Shown here: positions 36,102-45,023 of the stretch, in pieces | Numbering within the stretch: position 1 is the stretch's first letter | Layout: the number at the start of each line of letters is the position of its first letter | Sequence record: MG655267.1 | DNA length: 64,000 nt | Direction: 5' to 3' (one strand) | The notes under the pieces: model-generated | Database searches by the model: none | What the model saw: only the letters and a program-made list of their open reading frames with translations | What the model was told of the DNA's origin: nothing | Position numbers and translations under genes: made by a program

Positions 36102-36818
36102 ATGTATGGTCTATTGATCTTAGCACTACCCCGGTCACCGTACGTCCACATGAGTGCGATGACTGCGGACAGGTTTACTGAACTGCTCCCACAACTCCAG
36201 AAAGAGCTCGATGCAGATATCTTTCCTAATGTGTGTTTCCAGGGTGCATTCAATGTCAGTAATACCCGTACGGTCACTCAGCTGTTTATTCCGTGTAGCG
36301 GATTGGTGGCGGCACGGGAGTTGGGGTATGAACAGATCCGCAATATTCTCGCCAACCCAGAGAAGGAAGTCCAGCATGTCACCAACATCGGTGATTGGCT
36401 GGGTATTCCTGGTAAGGTGATGTTTGATAATGCGGATGGATCTGTGGATGAGGTCGTTGTGACTGACATGTACAAATATCTGGTACATGAAAGAAGAGAG
36501 CGCTCTGTCTTTCGGTTCAGTCCTATTGATCTTAGTATAACCGATACCGAACCATTACCAACTCACCTCTACCCACGTGATCATTTCTACGACCAGGTCT
36601 ACCTCGACAAAGACGGCGAGCGTGCTTTCCTGTCTTACGGGTCGTGCGGTGAGGAAGGCTGTGTCATAGAACCCAGAGAAGAGAAACCCGTGCAAGTGTA
36701 CGGCGTTACCTACTCGTCACTGGATGAAGTGGCCCGATGCTATAACCTGCCTGAGCAGTACGTGAAAGAACGCGTTGAGTCTGACAGCCTTGAATGGCTG
36801 GAGTGGTCATATTTGTAA
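36102..36818 (+). CDS. Degenerate homing-endonuclease-derived protein with C-terminal NUMOD1-like HTH, paralog A
   Basis: C-terminal KPVQVYGVTYSSLDEVARCYNL...EWSYL. It shares TNIGDWL and VTD..KYL with 40364-41146. Confidence 0.6.
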   Translation: MYGLLILALPRSPYVHMSAMTADRFTELLPQLQKELDADIFPNVCFQGAFNVSNTRTVTQLFIPCSGLVAARELGYEQIRNILANPEKEVQHVTNIGDWLGIPGKVMFDNADGSVDEVVVTDMYKYLVHERRERSVFRFSPIDLSITDTEPLPTHLYPRDHFYDQVYLDKDGERAFLSYGSCGEEGCVIEPREEKPVQVYGVTYSSLDEVARCYNLPEQYVKERVESDSLEWLEWSYL

Positions 36819-36946
36819 AAGTATTTGGGGATGAGACGCAGAGCTGATTCCCATCTACGGTAAGTTGTTCAAGGAAGCAGCAAACCGGTTATAAAAAATG
36901 AAAGGGTTTTCGTAAGATAGTCAGTGCTCCGCACCCGAGACAATAC

Positions 36947-37144
36947 ATGACCACAAACCCGCAGTTTATTTTCGTGGCTCAGAATTCTGATGCTACACAC
37001 AGCGTAGAGAAACTGGAAGTAGGACGCGATACCGATACCCAGAAGAACCTCACGGAACTTCGTAAAGGTTTGCCGTTCGACTTCTCGTTTATCATGTCTG
37101 AAGAGGCGATCTATCAACTTCGACAGGCAGGGCACATCAACTAA
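36947..37144 (+). CDS. Hypothetical protein
   Basis: 65 aa in the operon direction. Confidence 0.5.
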   Translation: MTTNPQFIFVAQNSDATHSVEKLEVGRDTDTQKNLTELRKGLPFDFSFIMSEEAIYQLRQAGHIN

Positions 37145-37159
37145 ACTGCTGAGGTAGTC

Positions 37160-37612
37160 ATGACGAACAAATCGGAGATCTCACACGGTGGTGGTGATCA
37201 GCCTATGGAAAAAGAGCAAAGCAACTTATCCGTACTGGTGAACTACTCCACAGGTGTGATGGAAGGTGACCGTTTTAATTACTCGGTTGCATTGGCGCTG
37301 TTGAAAGACGGCATCAAAGTGAAACGCGAAGACTGGAAGAACGCTTTCCTGGTGTTCGTCCCGGGTAGTCAGAATGTTGAACTGCCAAAAGGGTCGCCGT
37401 ATGAAGTCGCACTCCACGGTAAGAAGTCCGTTGCCAATATTCGTCCGCACATCGATCTGTACACGGAGTACGGTGAATTCGAAGTCGGTTGGACCGCCAA
37501 CCAGGAAGACACCAACGCCGATGACTGGATGATTGTCTTAGACAAGAACACCAATCAAGACGACAGTGCCGACGAAGAGAAAGAGTCCTCAAACGACGAC
37601 TCGAAGTCATAA
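37160..37612 (+). CDS. DUF2829 (Tad2-like) protein, candidate immune-signal sponge
   Basis: FNYSVALALLKDGIKVKREDW...HIDLYT...WTANQEDTNADDWMIV matches the DUF2829 pattern F..AL..LK.G.KV.R..W....W..SQ.D..A.DW. Confidence 0.75.
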   Translation: MTNKSEISHGGGDQPMEKEQSNLSVLVNYSTGVMEGDRFNYSVALALLKDGIKVKREDWKNAFLVFVPGSQNVELPKGSPYEVALHGKKSVANIRPHIDLYTEYGEFEVGWTANQEDTNADDWMIVLDKNTNQDDSADEEKESSNDDSKS

Positions 37613-37617
37613 ACCCC

Positions 37618-37646
37618 AGGAGAGCTTCGGCTCTCCTTTTATGCCC
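37618..37646 (+). terminator. Hairpin + TTATGCCC element
   Basis: aggagagc-ttcg-gctctcct then tttatgccc. Confidence 0.7.
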
Positions 37647-37661
37647 ATTAAGGAACATGTC

Positions 37662-38021
37662 ATGAGTGAAAAGAAAGCGTTTGAAGTGGTATTGGATAGC
37701 CGTCATGAACCGTACGAGGCTTACCAGTTATTAGTGGCTCGCATCAATACCTTATTGCGCACCGGTCAAGGCTACCATGAAGTGAAACTCACGAAGTGGC
37801 AGCTTTACGATAACGGTCTTCTTATCAAAGGAGATGATGATGTGCATATCTCCTTGTTGCGTCATTTCTATTACGACGAACAACGCAATACGTTTGGTGG
37901 TGGCTTCATGGCCTTTGAGATCCTGGAAGATTTGGGTCGGTACTACAAAGTGCCCGATATCACAGAAGGGATGGGCGAGAACGTTGGCCTCGTCTTCACG
38001 GTCACGGTAACCACACCATAA
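37662..38021 (+). CDS. Hypothetical protein, TAW-family paralog 1
   Basis: VKLTKWQLYDNG...GDDDVHISL and a terminal LVFTVTV. Confidence 0.7.
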   Translation: MSEKKAFEVVLDSRHEPYEAYQLLVARINTLLRTGQGYHEVKLTKWQLYDNGLLIKGDDDVHISLLRHFYYDEQRNTFGGGFMAFEILEDLGRYYKVPDITEGMGENVGLVFTVTVTTP

Positions 38022-38030
38022 GAGGTTGTG

Positions 38031-38396
38031 ATGAAACCACTCTTCGCCATGAAGTTTGATACCCGGGATGCGGGATTAGGGGATCAACTCGATCTCTTGC
38101 AATCACGGGTGAAGGCTTACTCTAAACACGGCACCATGATCAAAGATGTGGCGGTGACTGCCTGGGTGGTCTGTTCGGATAACATGCCAGTTGCCGGTGA
38201 TGACCCTGCTCATGTCAGTATTATCCACCGTTACCGTTACGACATCGAACAGCAGTGTGTGGTCGGTGGGGTCAGTGCCATGGATGCTCTGCGTGAGATC
38301 TGGTCGGCGTATGGTCCTGACTCTACCCTCCCACCGTTCAGCCGGATACCCGGTGCTGTCGATATGCAATTTACCTTAACTGTGTTCACTATTTAA
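38031..38396 (+). CDS. Hypothetical protein, TAW-family paralog 2
   Basis: VAVTAWVV...GDDPAHVSI and a terminal MQFTLTV. Confidence 0.7.
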   Translation: MKPLFAMKFDTRDAGLGDQLDLLQSRVKAYSKHGTMIKDVAVTAWVVCSDNMPVAGDDPAHVSIIHRYRYDIEQQCVVGGVSAMDALREIWSAYGPDSTLPPFSRIPGAVDMQFTLTVFTI

Positions 38397-38409
38397 AGGA
38401 GATACCCTC

Positions 38410-38799
38410 ATGGGAGTTTCTGCTGCTGCTCGTCGTTCTAAAGAAGGGGTGTTTACCCGTAGCATTGAAGTGCGTCCAGACCACTGGAAACGGGATATCA
38501 CTGATTTAGGACTGGATGTCCATAACCTGGTGTTGTGTAAACAGGAGATCGTGTCAGTGACCGTCACGGCTTGGCGGGCGTATGACGAGTGCGGTGTACT
38601 GCGTGGTAGTGCCAAAGAGTTGAAGTTAGACATTACGGAATGGTTCCTCGGTGACAAAGGCCCGGTCATTAATGATGCGATCAAACCTCTCACGTTTGCC
38701 TTCATCATTAATCAACAACGCAGCCAACGCACGCCCTGGGTAAAAGATGTCCGCTTAGGGCTTAACCTGTCCATTGTCTACAAGAGGATTCAGCAATAA
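38410..38799 (+). CDS. Hypothetical protein, TAW-family paralog 3
   Basis: VTVTAWRAYDECGVLRG and a terminal LNLSIVY. Confidence 0.7.
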   Translation: MGVSAAARRSKEGVFTRSIEVRPDHWKRDITDLGLDVHNLVLCKQEIVSVTVTAWRAYDECGVLRGSAKELKLDITEWFLGDKGPVINDAIKPLTFAFIINQQRSQRTPWVKDVRLGLNLSIVYKRIQQ

Positions 38800-39143
38800 T
38801 GGAAATTGTCCACCAACTCGATCTTAGCCACGGCTGGGAACCCTTCAACCGCCTGAAAGCCGCCTTTGCCAAGAAACCCCCGGAGGCGATCCACATCACT
38901 GCCTGGGTTGCTCATGGTTATAAAGGAAACCTCATCGGTGATGAGCAAGTGGTGAAAGGGTCGTGCCAGGAGTGTCGGATTGATGTGACCCACATCTTCT
39001 TCCCCAGTCGGCCTGAGATCTTGATTGGTTTGTCGAGCTTCATTAACACCATTAATCGTGACGGGCCGGTGAAGATCCCGGCCTGGACCGGATCGATTAC
39101 TCTTTGTCTTGAATTAGCGATAAGTTATACGGATAGAATTTAA
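38799..39143 (+). CDS. Hypothetical protein, TAW-family paralog 4
   Basis: IHITAWVAHGYKGNLIG and a terminal LELAISY. TAATG overlap. Confidence 0.7.
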   Translation: MEIVHQLDLSHGWEPFNRLKAAFAKKPPEAIHITAWVAHGYKGNLIGDEQVVKGSCQECRIDVTHIFFPSRPEILIGLSSFINTINRDGPVKIPAWTGSITLCLELAISYTDRI

Positions 39144-39250
39144 TCGGCATATATTCTGTCTCGTTAGCGTAAGCTCGCTAAAAACCCTTTTAAAGTTTTG
39201 TATAACAAACTATCAACTTTGTAGAAAGAAACAAATAGGAAATTAATCTC

Positions 39251-39961
39251 ATGTTGCATGAAAACTTTGAAGCCTTAGTGGCGAACATCGCCAACCAAAT
39301 CAATCAGCTGGAACCCGAGGATCTGCCGTCACTGATCCTGACCAAGAGCGGGGTCTACATCAACGACAAGCGCCACGATCGCACTCGTCTACTGCTGAAC
39401 CTGTTTACCCCCCAGCCCGGGCACACGCACGACGTGACCTTCGATCAAGAGCTGCAGGATGCCTTCGCTCACAACAACCTGGAGTTTATCAAAGTCGGTG
39501 AAGGGATCGCCTACGGACTACTGCGTACCAGTATCGTTAACAACGAACCCGCGGTGTTCTGGATTCACGCCGATGTCTCCGATGATGCATCATTACTGAA
39601 GCAAGCCTGGGATATCATCACCGACCTGAAGAAGAATGCGGGTTACCCCCAGGCGTTTAACATTGACGTGCTCGACGTAAGCTGGCATGCGTTAAGCTGG
39701 GCACAACTGCTGGGGACTTTGCTTGACCGCACTGACCCGACACGCCGGTTTCGTTTGGCAACTAACGCTGACTACGATTTTGTGTTATCCCAGAAAGCCA
39801 TCACGTACTACCAGGAGACGTTGAGTAAACGTCCGATGGCACCGGTTGCTTACCTCGATGACACTAACTTGTTTAACGGTGGCGACTTTAACGACAGTGA
39901 TCGCAACTGGGCAATCGCCCCGAACGACAGCACCCGCCCTATCGTGAAGGTGTATGTTTAA
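39251..39961 (+). CDS. Hypothetical protein
   Basis: 236 aa, RBS agga. Confidence 0.75.
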   Translation: MLHENFEALVANIANQINQLEPEDLPSLILTKSGVYINDKRHDRTRLLLNLFTPQPGHTHDVTFDQELQDAFAHNNLEFIKVGEGIAYGLLRTSIVNNEPAVFWIHADVSDDASLLKQAWDIITDLKKNAGYPQAFNIDVLDVSWHALSWAQLLGTLLDRTDPTRRFRLATNADYDFVLSQKAITYYQETLSKRPMAPVAYLDDTNLFNGGDFNDSDRNWAIAPNDSTRPIVKVYV

Positions 39962-40019
39962 ATAAACACAAGCTCCAGATGGTATACTTGGAAACATTTA
40001 TTGATCTGGAGCCCCAGCC

Positions 40020-40319
40020 ATGCAAAACAATGACGATGTGGTGCCGATGCACTATAACCACAACGTGGACATGAATAACCCGCTCGACGTGGATGAAGAG
40101 GCGTTAAAGGTTCGCTTCGCCGCGCGCCTGTGCAGCTTCCTTGATCTTGCCGAGCAACTGAATAAGGATGACTTAACCCAAAACGATATCAGTCAGTTCA
40201 CCGTCGGTATCGTAAACTTAGTGTGTGACTCAATGGGCAGTAGTCCCAAACGAGACCTTTACAGGAGACAGATGGTTGACAAACTTGAACCTGTTCTGTC
40301 GAGGCATCTGATTAAATAG
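40020..40319 (+). CDS. Hypothetical protein
   Basis: 99 aa, RBS ggag. Confidence 0.65.
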   Translation: MQNNDDVVPMHYNHNVDMNNPLDVDEEALKVRFAARLCSFLDLAEQLNKDDLTQNDISQFTVGIVNLVCDSMGSSPKRDLYRRQMVDKLEPVLSRHLIK

Positions 40320-40363
40320 TCGGAGGCGTGACGGAACGCGACTACATTGCAGTATAAAAGGAT

Positions 40364-41146
40364 ATGGCTATGACGTTCGAAAAAGAAGGGGACACGTTGC
40401 ACATTGTGCGACTGAGAACCAAAGGCTGGTACCACATGACGGTAACCAGCGATCCTGATGCGAGTATGGATATCGTTAACACGAACTTACGTCAGGGCAC
40501 TTTTACTGATCCACTTTTACAACACCAGTACGACATCTGTAAAAAAGAGATGGGGCAAGATCCCAATCCAAATGACATCGTTTTCCACCAGTTCGTGACC
40601 ACGCCAGACCAGACCGGATATCAGTCTGGCCACTGGATGATTCGTGATCACATTCGCCACGGCTATTCACTGAAGTGCCTGACTAACATCGGTGACTGGC
40701 TTTCGACCGCAGCCTATCTTTATATCCCAGACCCTGATGATAAAGAGAGTGGTGAGAGAAAATACAAAGTAACTGACTTAGGCAAGTATCTCGACAAGGA
40801 AGAGTTGTTGGGTCACTCCGACCACCTGCCGATGTATTTCTTGCCTGATGAGGAACCGGGTGACAGCTATGATGAGTTGATTGAAACCCATCGTCTTCCG
40901 CAACCTGACAAAGGTTACTCTTGTGTGGCCATCAAGAACGGTATGTCGTTTAGTTTGCTGACGTACAACAACTCCAAGCGGGTGCTTTCAGAAGAGGAAG
41001 AACTGCAAACCACAACCGTCCCAGTCAGGGCAGATGGTTTGCTGTACAGCTCCGTCTTAGAGTTGGCTATGGCTAAGAACGCCCCAGTCTGGTTTGTCTT
41101 GGAGATGTTAACTTCCGAAACCGACCCGAACTGGCATTTCGTCTAA
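40364..41146 (+). CDS. Degenerate homing-endonuclease-derived protein with C-terminal NUMOD1-like HTH, paralog B
   Basis: LHIVRLRTKGWYHMTVTSD (eroded GIY-YIG-like), LTNIGDWL, and a C-terminal VPVRADGLLYSSVLELA...PNWHFV. Confidence 0.6.
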   Translation: MAMTFEKEGDTLHIVRLRTKGWYHMTVTSDPDASMDIVNTNLRQGTFTDPLLQHQYDICKKEMGQDPNPNDIVFHQFVTTPDQTGYQSGHWMIRDHIRHGYSLKCLTNIGDWLSTAAYLYIPDPDDKESGERKYKVTDLGKYLDKEELLGHSDHLPMYFLPDEEPGDSYDELIETHRLPQPDKGYSCVAIKNGMSFSLLTYNNSKRVLSEEEELQTTTVPVRADGLLYSSVLELAMAKNAPVWFVLEMLTSETDPNWHFV

Positions 41147-41234
41147 CCGAGATTGGCTGTGGGGAATCCTATGCAATTGCAAAGTGTAGAGAGAACCACG
41201 GCCAATCGTAAGCTGTATCATAAGGAGAGAGATT

Positions 41235-42815
41235 GTGAGTGAAGCTAACCAGAACATCGTAGAAAGCTACGACGACCTGCCGAAGAACGCGCAGAAAGGT
41301 GATCGCTATACCGTGCGTGAAGACGCGATCGTTTACGAACTCCAGGAAGATGGTTCTTGGAAAGACGTAGACATCAACGAACAGGTTGATCAGGAAAACG
41401 AAGAGCAGGCGCAGACCGAAGATGGTCAGCAGTCTGACACCGGCGCAACTGATCAACCTGCCTCTGATGAAGAGGGCGATGCCGATTCGTCTAAAACTGC
41501 AGCTACCGATGAAGAAGACCAGGTAGATGACAACGGCGATGACAAGCAGACTCCGGCTGAAGAGAAGCAGGAAGAAGCAGCGCAGGCGGTTGATGAAACC
41601 CAACCACGTGATGACCCTTACGTACGAGGAGCGAACAGCGATGCCAATCCGGCACAACCTGAAGATGCGAATCAAACGCAAGATCAGACTGACGAAGCAG
41701 GACAAACTCCTGATTCTTCTGACGATACCAACGCGCAGCAGGAAAGCACTGATGGCGTTGCGACGCAGGATGCGAAAGAGCAGGCTAACATCCCGGAAGG
41801 GGTAGATCCTGAAGAAGCGCAACCTGACAACCAACCGCTGGCAGTAGCGCCAGTTGAGCAACCCCCTGTCCAGCACGAAGCGGTCGCGGTTGATCCTAAC
41901 GCTGACCAGCCATCACCTGAAGCGCGTCCAGACAGCAAGATCGAAGAAGCAGCTGAACTGAACGCACAGAAAGAAGATGCGGCTCGTGATGAGATCGCTG
42001 AAGCCGGTGCCGATGCGCAAGCTGCGACCTCTGCTGAGCAGACTGACGCTGGCAAAGCCAAAGAAGACGCACAGGCTGAAGGCCAGTTGCCGAACGATGG
42101 TGCTGCTGATGATGTCGCCGCTGGTAAACCACGTAATGACCAGACCTACACCGAAGATCAGAAAGCAGCGAACACGCCAGCTCCTGAAATCGTGCAGGCT
42201 CAGGAAAACCATACGTCAGAGCCTGATCCGGTAGTTAGCCAGGAAGAGACCCATGTGCAGAACGCCACGGACCCTGACCAGCCGACTATCATCCCGCAGG
42301 AAGCGAAGTCTGAATCACTGGCGCATCAAGCTGCCGATCCAACGCAGGAAACTGTGTTTGTTAAGCAGGATGAAAACCTGGACCCGGAAGTGCGTGTGCT
42401 GCAACAGCGCATCGAAGAGTACATCAGCAACATGGGTGTGAACGGTAAGCACGATCGCCGTGACGGTCCGAAGTATCAGGCTCGCCTGTACAAAGACCTG
42501 CACTCCATCATGGCGCTGGAGCCAGTGAAGTTCAAGCAAGTGATGGACTACCTGCTGAACCGTGTGTATGAAGAACGTGCCGGTGCTTTCTCTGACACCT
42601 ATACGCGCCGTTACTTCGATCAGCTGTCACCGATGCACATGCAGACCGATCGCGTGCGTGAGTTTGACAACATCCTGTCGCTGGTAACCACTGTGGGTCA
42701 TTCCAAAAACCGCAGTCGTGCCCTGCAGCAGGTTGATCTGCAGCGCGCCCTGAAGAACATTCAGGATGCCGGGAAGCAGCAGCGTATGGCAGCGTACTTT
42801 GATGCTCTGCGTTAA
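41235..42815 (+). CDS. Protein with ~370-aa acidic disordered region and conserved helical C-domain (phiKZ gp81 position)
   Basis: The N-part is E/D/Q/A/P-rich. The folded end contains GAFSDTYTRRYF and VDLQRAL. Confidence 0.75.
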   Translation: MSEANQNIVESYDDLPKNAQKGDRYTVREDAIVYELQEDGSWKDVDINEQVDQENEEQAQTEDGQQSDTGATDQPASDEEGDADSSKTAATDEEDQVDDNGDDKQTPAEEKQEEAAQAVDETQPRDDPYVRGANSDANPAQPEDANQTQDQTDEAGQTPDSSDDTNAQQESTDGVATQDAKEQANIPEGVDPEEAQPDNQPLAVAPVEQPPVQHEAVAVDPNADQPSPEARPDSKIEEAAELNAQKEDAARDEIAEAGADAQAATSAEQTDAGKAKEDAQAEGQLPNDGAADDVAAGKPRNDQTYTEDQKAANTPAPEIVQAQENHTSEPDPVVSQEETHVQNATDPDQPTIIPQEAKSESLAHQAADPTQETVFVKQDENLDPEVRVLQQRIEEYISNMGVNGKHDRRDGPKYQARLYKDLHSIMALEPVKFKQVMDYLLNRVYEERAGAFSDTYTRRYFDQLSPMHMQTDRVREFDNILSLVTTVGHSKNRSRALQQVDLQRALKNIQDAGKQQRMAAYFDALR

Positions 42816-42828
42816 TTGATCATTTGAT

Positions 42829-42868
42829 CAGCATAAGGAGAGGCCTCGCGCCTCTCCTGTTTATGCCG
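42829..42868. terminator. Bidirectional hairpin with TTATG(C)CG-type tails on both strands
   Basis: cagcataa, aggagaggc-ctcgc-gcctctcct, then ttatgccg, between convergent genes. Confidence 0.75.
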
Positions 42869-42878
42869 TCTTTTTTTT

Positions 42879-43382
42879 TTACACTAAAATGCCGTTAAAG
42901 GCCACCGGGTCATTAGCCAGGAATGGATTGTACCGAACCACGGACCCTAATGTGTAATCGTAATAGATGAAATCCAAGCATTGCGCACCCTGGTAGGTAG
43001 TCCATGACTTTGATAGATAACCATTGCGATCTAACGCAACGTAAGCTGGGCGGCTTGACAACGGAGTAAACTTCATCAACACTTGTGGCTGGTTGTTGAG
43101 GTTGTTTGTAAATACAGGCAGGGAAGGATGCGCATGCCTTGCAATGGAGCACAACCAAGAGTCGTAGGTAAACCACTCTTTATACGGCGTGCCGTACATG
43201 TTGTTGGATGTGTTCAATGTAGTATTAACATATTTACCGGCATTGGCGGACATGCTGGTAGTCGCGTTCGCTACCTTCGTATATTTGGCGGCATTGGCCG
43301 CAAGCCACGCCTCGAATTGCGCATAGGTCATCTTAGTACCTATCTGTGGCTGTGACTTACTGCCCATTAACATCTCTAACAT
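42879..43382 (-). CDS. Probable virion accessory protein, MLE(M/L)LM paralog 1
   Basis: 167 aa, clearly homologous to 43395-43904 (NMYGTPY, ARHA.P, LDRNGY, LDFIYYD). Confidence 0.7.
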   Translation of the reverse strand: MLEMLMGSKSQPQIGTKMTYAQFEAWLAANAAKYTKVANATTSMSANAGKYVNTTLNTSNNMYGTPYKEWFTYDSWLCSIARHAHPSLPVFTNNLNNQPQVLMKFTPLSSRPAYVALDRNGYLSKSWTTYQGAQCLDFIYYDYTLGSVVRYNPFLANDPVAFNGILV

Positions 43383-43394
43383 GGTAACTCCTGA

Positions 43395-43904
43395 TTAGAT
43401 CAACACCCCGTTAAACGGTACCGGTGTGCCGCCATTTAACGGAGTCCACCGCATCACAACACCCTGGGTATTGTCGTAGTAAATAAAGTCAAGCACAGTA
43501 CGACCGTTAAATGATCCGTAAGACAAGCTGGTGTAACCGTTACGATTGAGGCCTGAATAGGCACTTTTGGTAACATAAGGTCCAAGCTTCATTAAACAAA
43601 ACTGTTTATTCGCCAACATGTAATCAAACATCGTTTGTGCCGGACACGCATGTCGTGCGATCCTTGCCCAAGTTGAATCGTGAGTACAGGAGTTTAAATA
43701 GGGAGTACCCCACATGTTACCGCCATCAGCCGTCATGGAGATCCTGGCATAGCCGTTCGTAAACGTGGTGGACGAAGGGGTGCCTGTATTCGACGCTGCA
43801 CTGACCGCACTGTACTTAGTGGTATTGGTATTTAACCAAGTAACAAAATCCGCATAGCTCATCTTTACAGTTTTCTTGCCAGCGTACATTAATAACTCGA
43901 GCAT
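43395..43904 (-). CDS. Probable virion accessory protein, MLE(M/L)LM paralog 2
   Basis: 169 aa, tandem paralog, RBS gaggtggag. Confidence 0.7.
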   Translation of the reverse strand: MLELLMYAGKKTVKMSYADFVTWLNTNTTKYSAVSAASNTGTPSSTTFTNGYARISMTADGGNMWGTPYLNSCTHDSTWARIARHACPAQTMFDYMLANKQFCLMKLGPYVTKSAYSGLNRNGYTSLSYGSFNGRTVLDFIYYDNTQGVVMRWTPLNGGTPVPFNGVLI

Positions 43905-44045
43905 AACTCCACCTCAAAATAAAATCCCGTTAGCAAGGGTTCTGGTTCTCTAATACATGACTTATAGGATTTAGCCGGCATAACGGAGCAGGCAACGCCT
44001 ACTCCTGAATCCTGGTGTGAATAACGGTTGGTCGATTGGGGTATT

Positions 44046-45023
44046 TTAACCCGCTGTAGTTTGATCTGGGTAACCTCGACCTGTCCCCCAGACAATACGA
44101 ACAATACCATCAGCACCACTACCTAACAAACTGGTGCCGTCACTCTTGTACTGACTTGCCCCGCCGCCTCCTGCACCCCCGCCTGGAATCGCGGTAGGTA
44201 TCCCCGCCCCTGATCCTGGCATATCCTTGATACGTCCTGTCGATTTAATTCCCCCACCACCTCGACCAGTATAGATCTTGGTAGTGCCTTGGGTCGTCAG
44301 GGTAACATTCCCACCATAACCCGCTCCCGTATCCGCAGGGTTAGTGGGGGTTGCGCCATAAGCACATCCTGCGCCGCCATCGCCCATGTAACCGCCTGCA
44401 CCGCCACCGCCGACCGCACGTGTCGTTAATGACCCGGTGCCACCCTTTCCACCTGTACCACCCCCAACAATAGGTTTGGTAGCAGGGTTCTGGATAGGGT
44501 TGTTCGCGATCCCGGCTAACACACCGCCGACGACATTTAACAGCCCGCCGACCAAACCGCCTACTAATCCCCCTACTATATCCACCAATACCAGATCCAG
44601 GAGATTACCGGAAAGTCCATTCGACTGCGGCATGACGGTAACTGCCGTGTTACCGGATGCGTCCTCCCCGCCACCCACTGCTTTTAACAGATAGGTGCCA
44701 TTACGCGCTATCCCGGAGAAAGACCCTTTATTCGCCGTGAAGGCGGTTTTAACGGGTGTTGGTGTACCAATCCCACCTTGCCCTACCACAACCGTCATCT
44801 TCTCACCAGGAGTCACAGGGATCGCATTACGATAACGTAACGTCCCGCCATTCCCGCCGGTGTGTACAAGGGTAGTGCTACTGGCTGATTGCCCACCCCC
44901 TACTGCGACGGCACTCATGCTCGTTGCCCCTTCTGGCACAATCAGTTCGTACACCCCCGCCTTTGTGAAGAGCGTCTCTAGGGGTAACTTAATGTGTGTC
45001 TTGTTTAACAATAACCCAATCAT
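44046..45023 (-). CDS. Glycine-rich domain protein (tail-fibre/receptor-binding-associated type)
   Basis: T..G.Y.L.VPEG...AVAVGGG, many GGGG runs and a terminal GADGIVRIVWG, all hallmarks of the phage glycine-rich domain. Confidence 0.7.
   Translation of the reverse strand: MIGLLLNKTHIKLPLETLFTKAGVYELIVPEGATSMSAVAVGGGQSASSTTLVHTGGNGGTLRYRNAIPVTPGEKMTVVVGQGGIGTPTPVKTAFTANKGSFSGIARNGTYLLKAVGGGEDASGNTAVTVMPQSNGLSGNLLDLVLVDIVGGLVGGLVGGLLNVVGGVLAGIANNPIQNPATKPIVGGGTGGKGGTGSLTTRAVGGGGAGGYMGDGGAGCAYGATPTNPADTGAGYGGNVTLTTQGTTKIYTGRGGGGIKSTGRIKDMPGSGAGIPTAIPGGGAGGGGASQYKSDGTSLLGSGADGIVRIVWGTGRGYPDQTTAG

Noticed and set aside
41169-42212. Several minus-strand ORFs (41169-41876, 41684-42061, 41913-42212)
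   Set aside because: Shadows of the acidic low-complexity gene 41235-42815.
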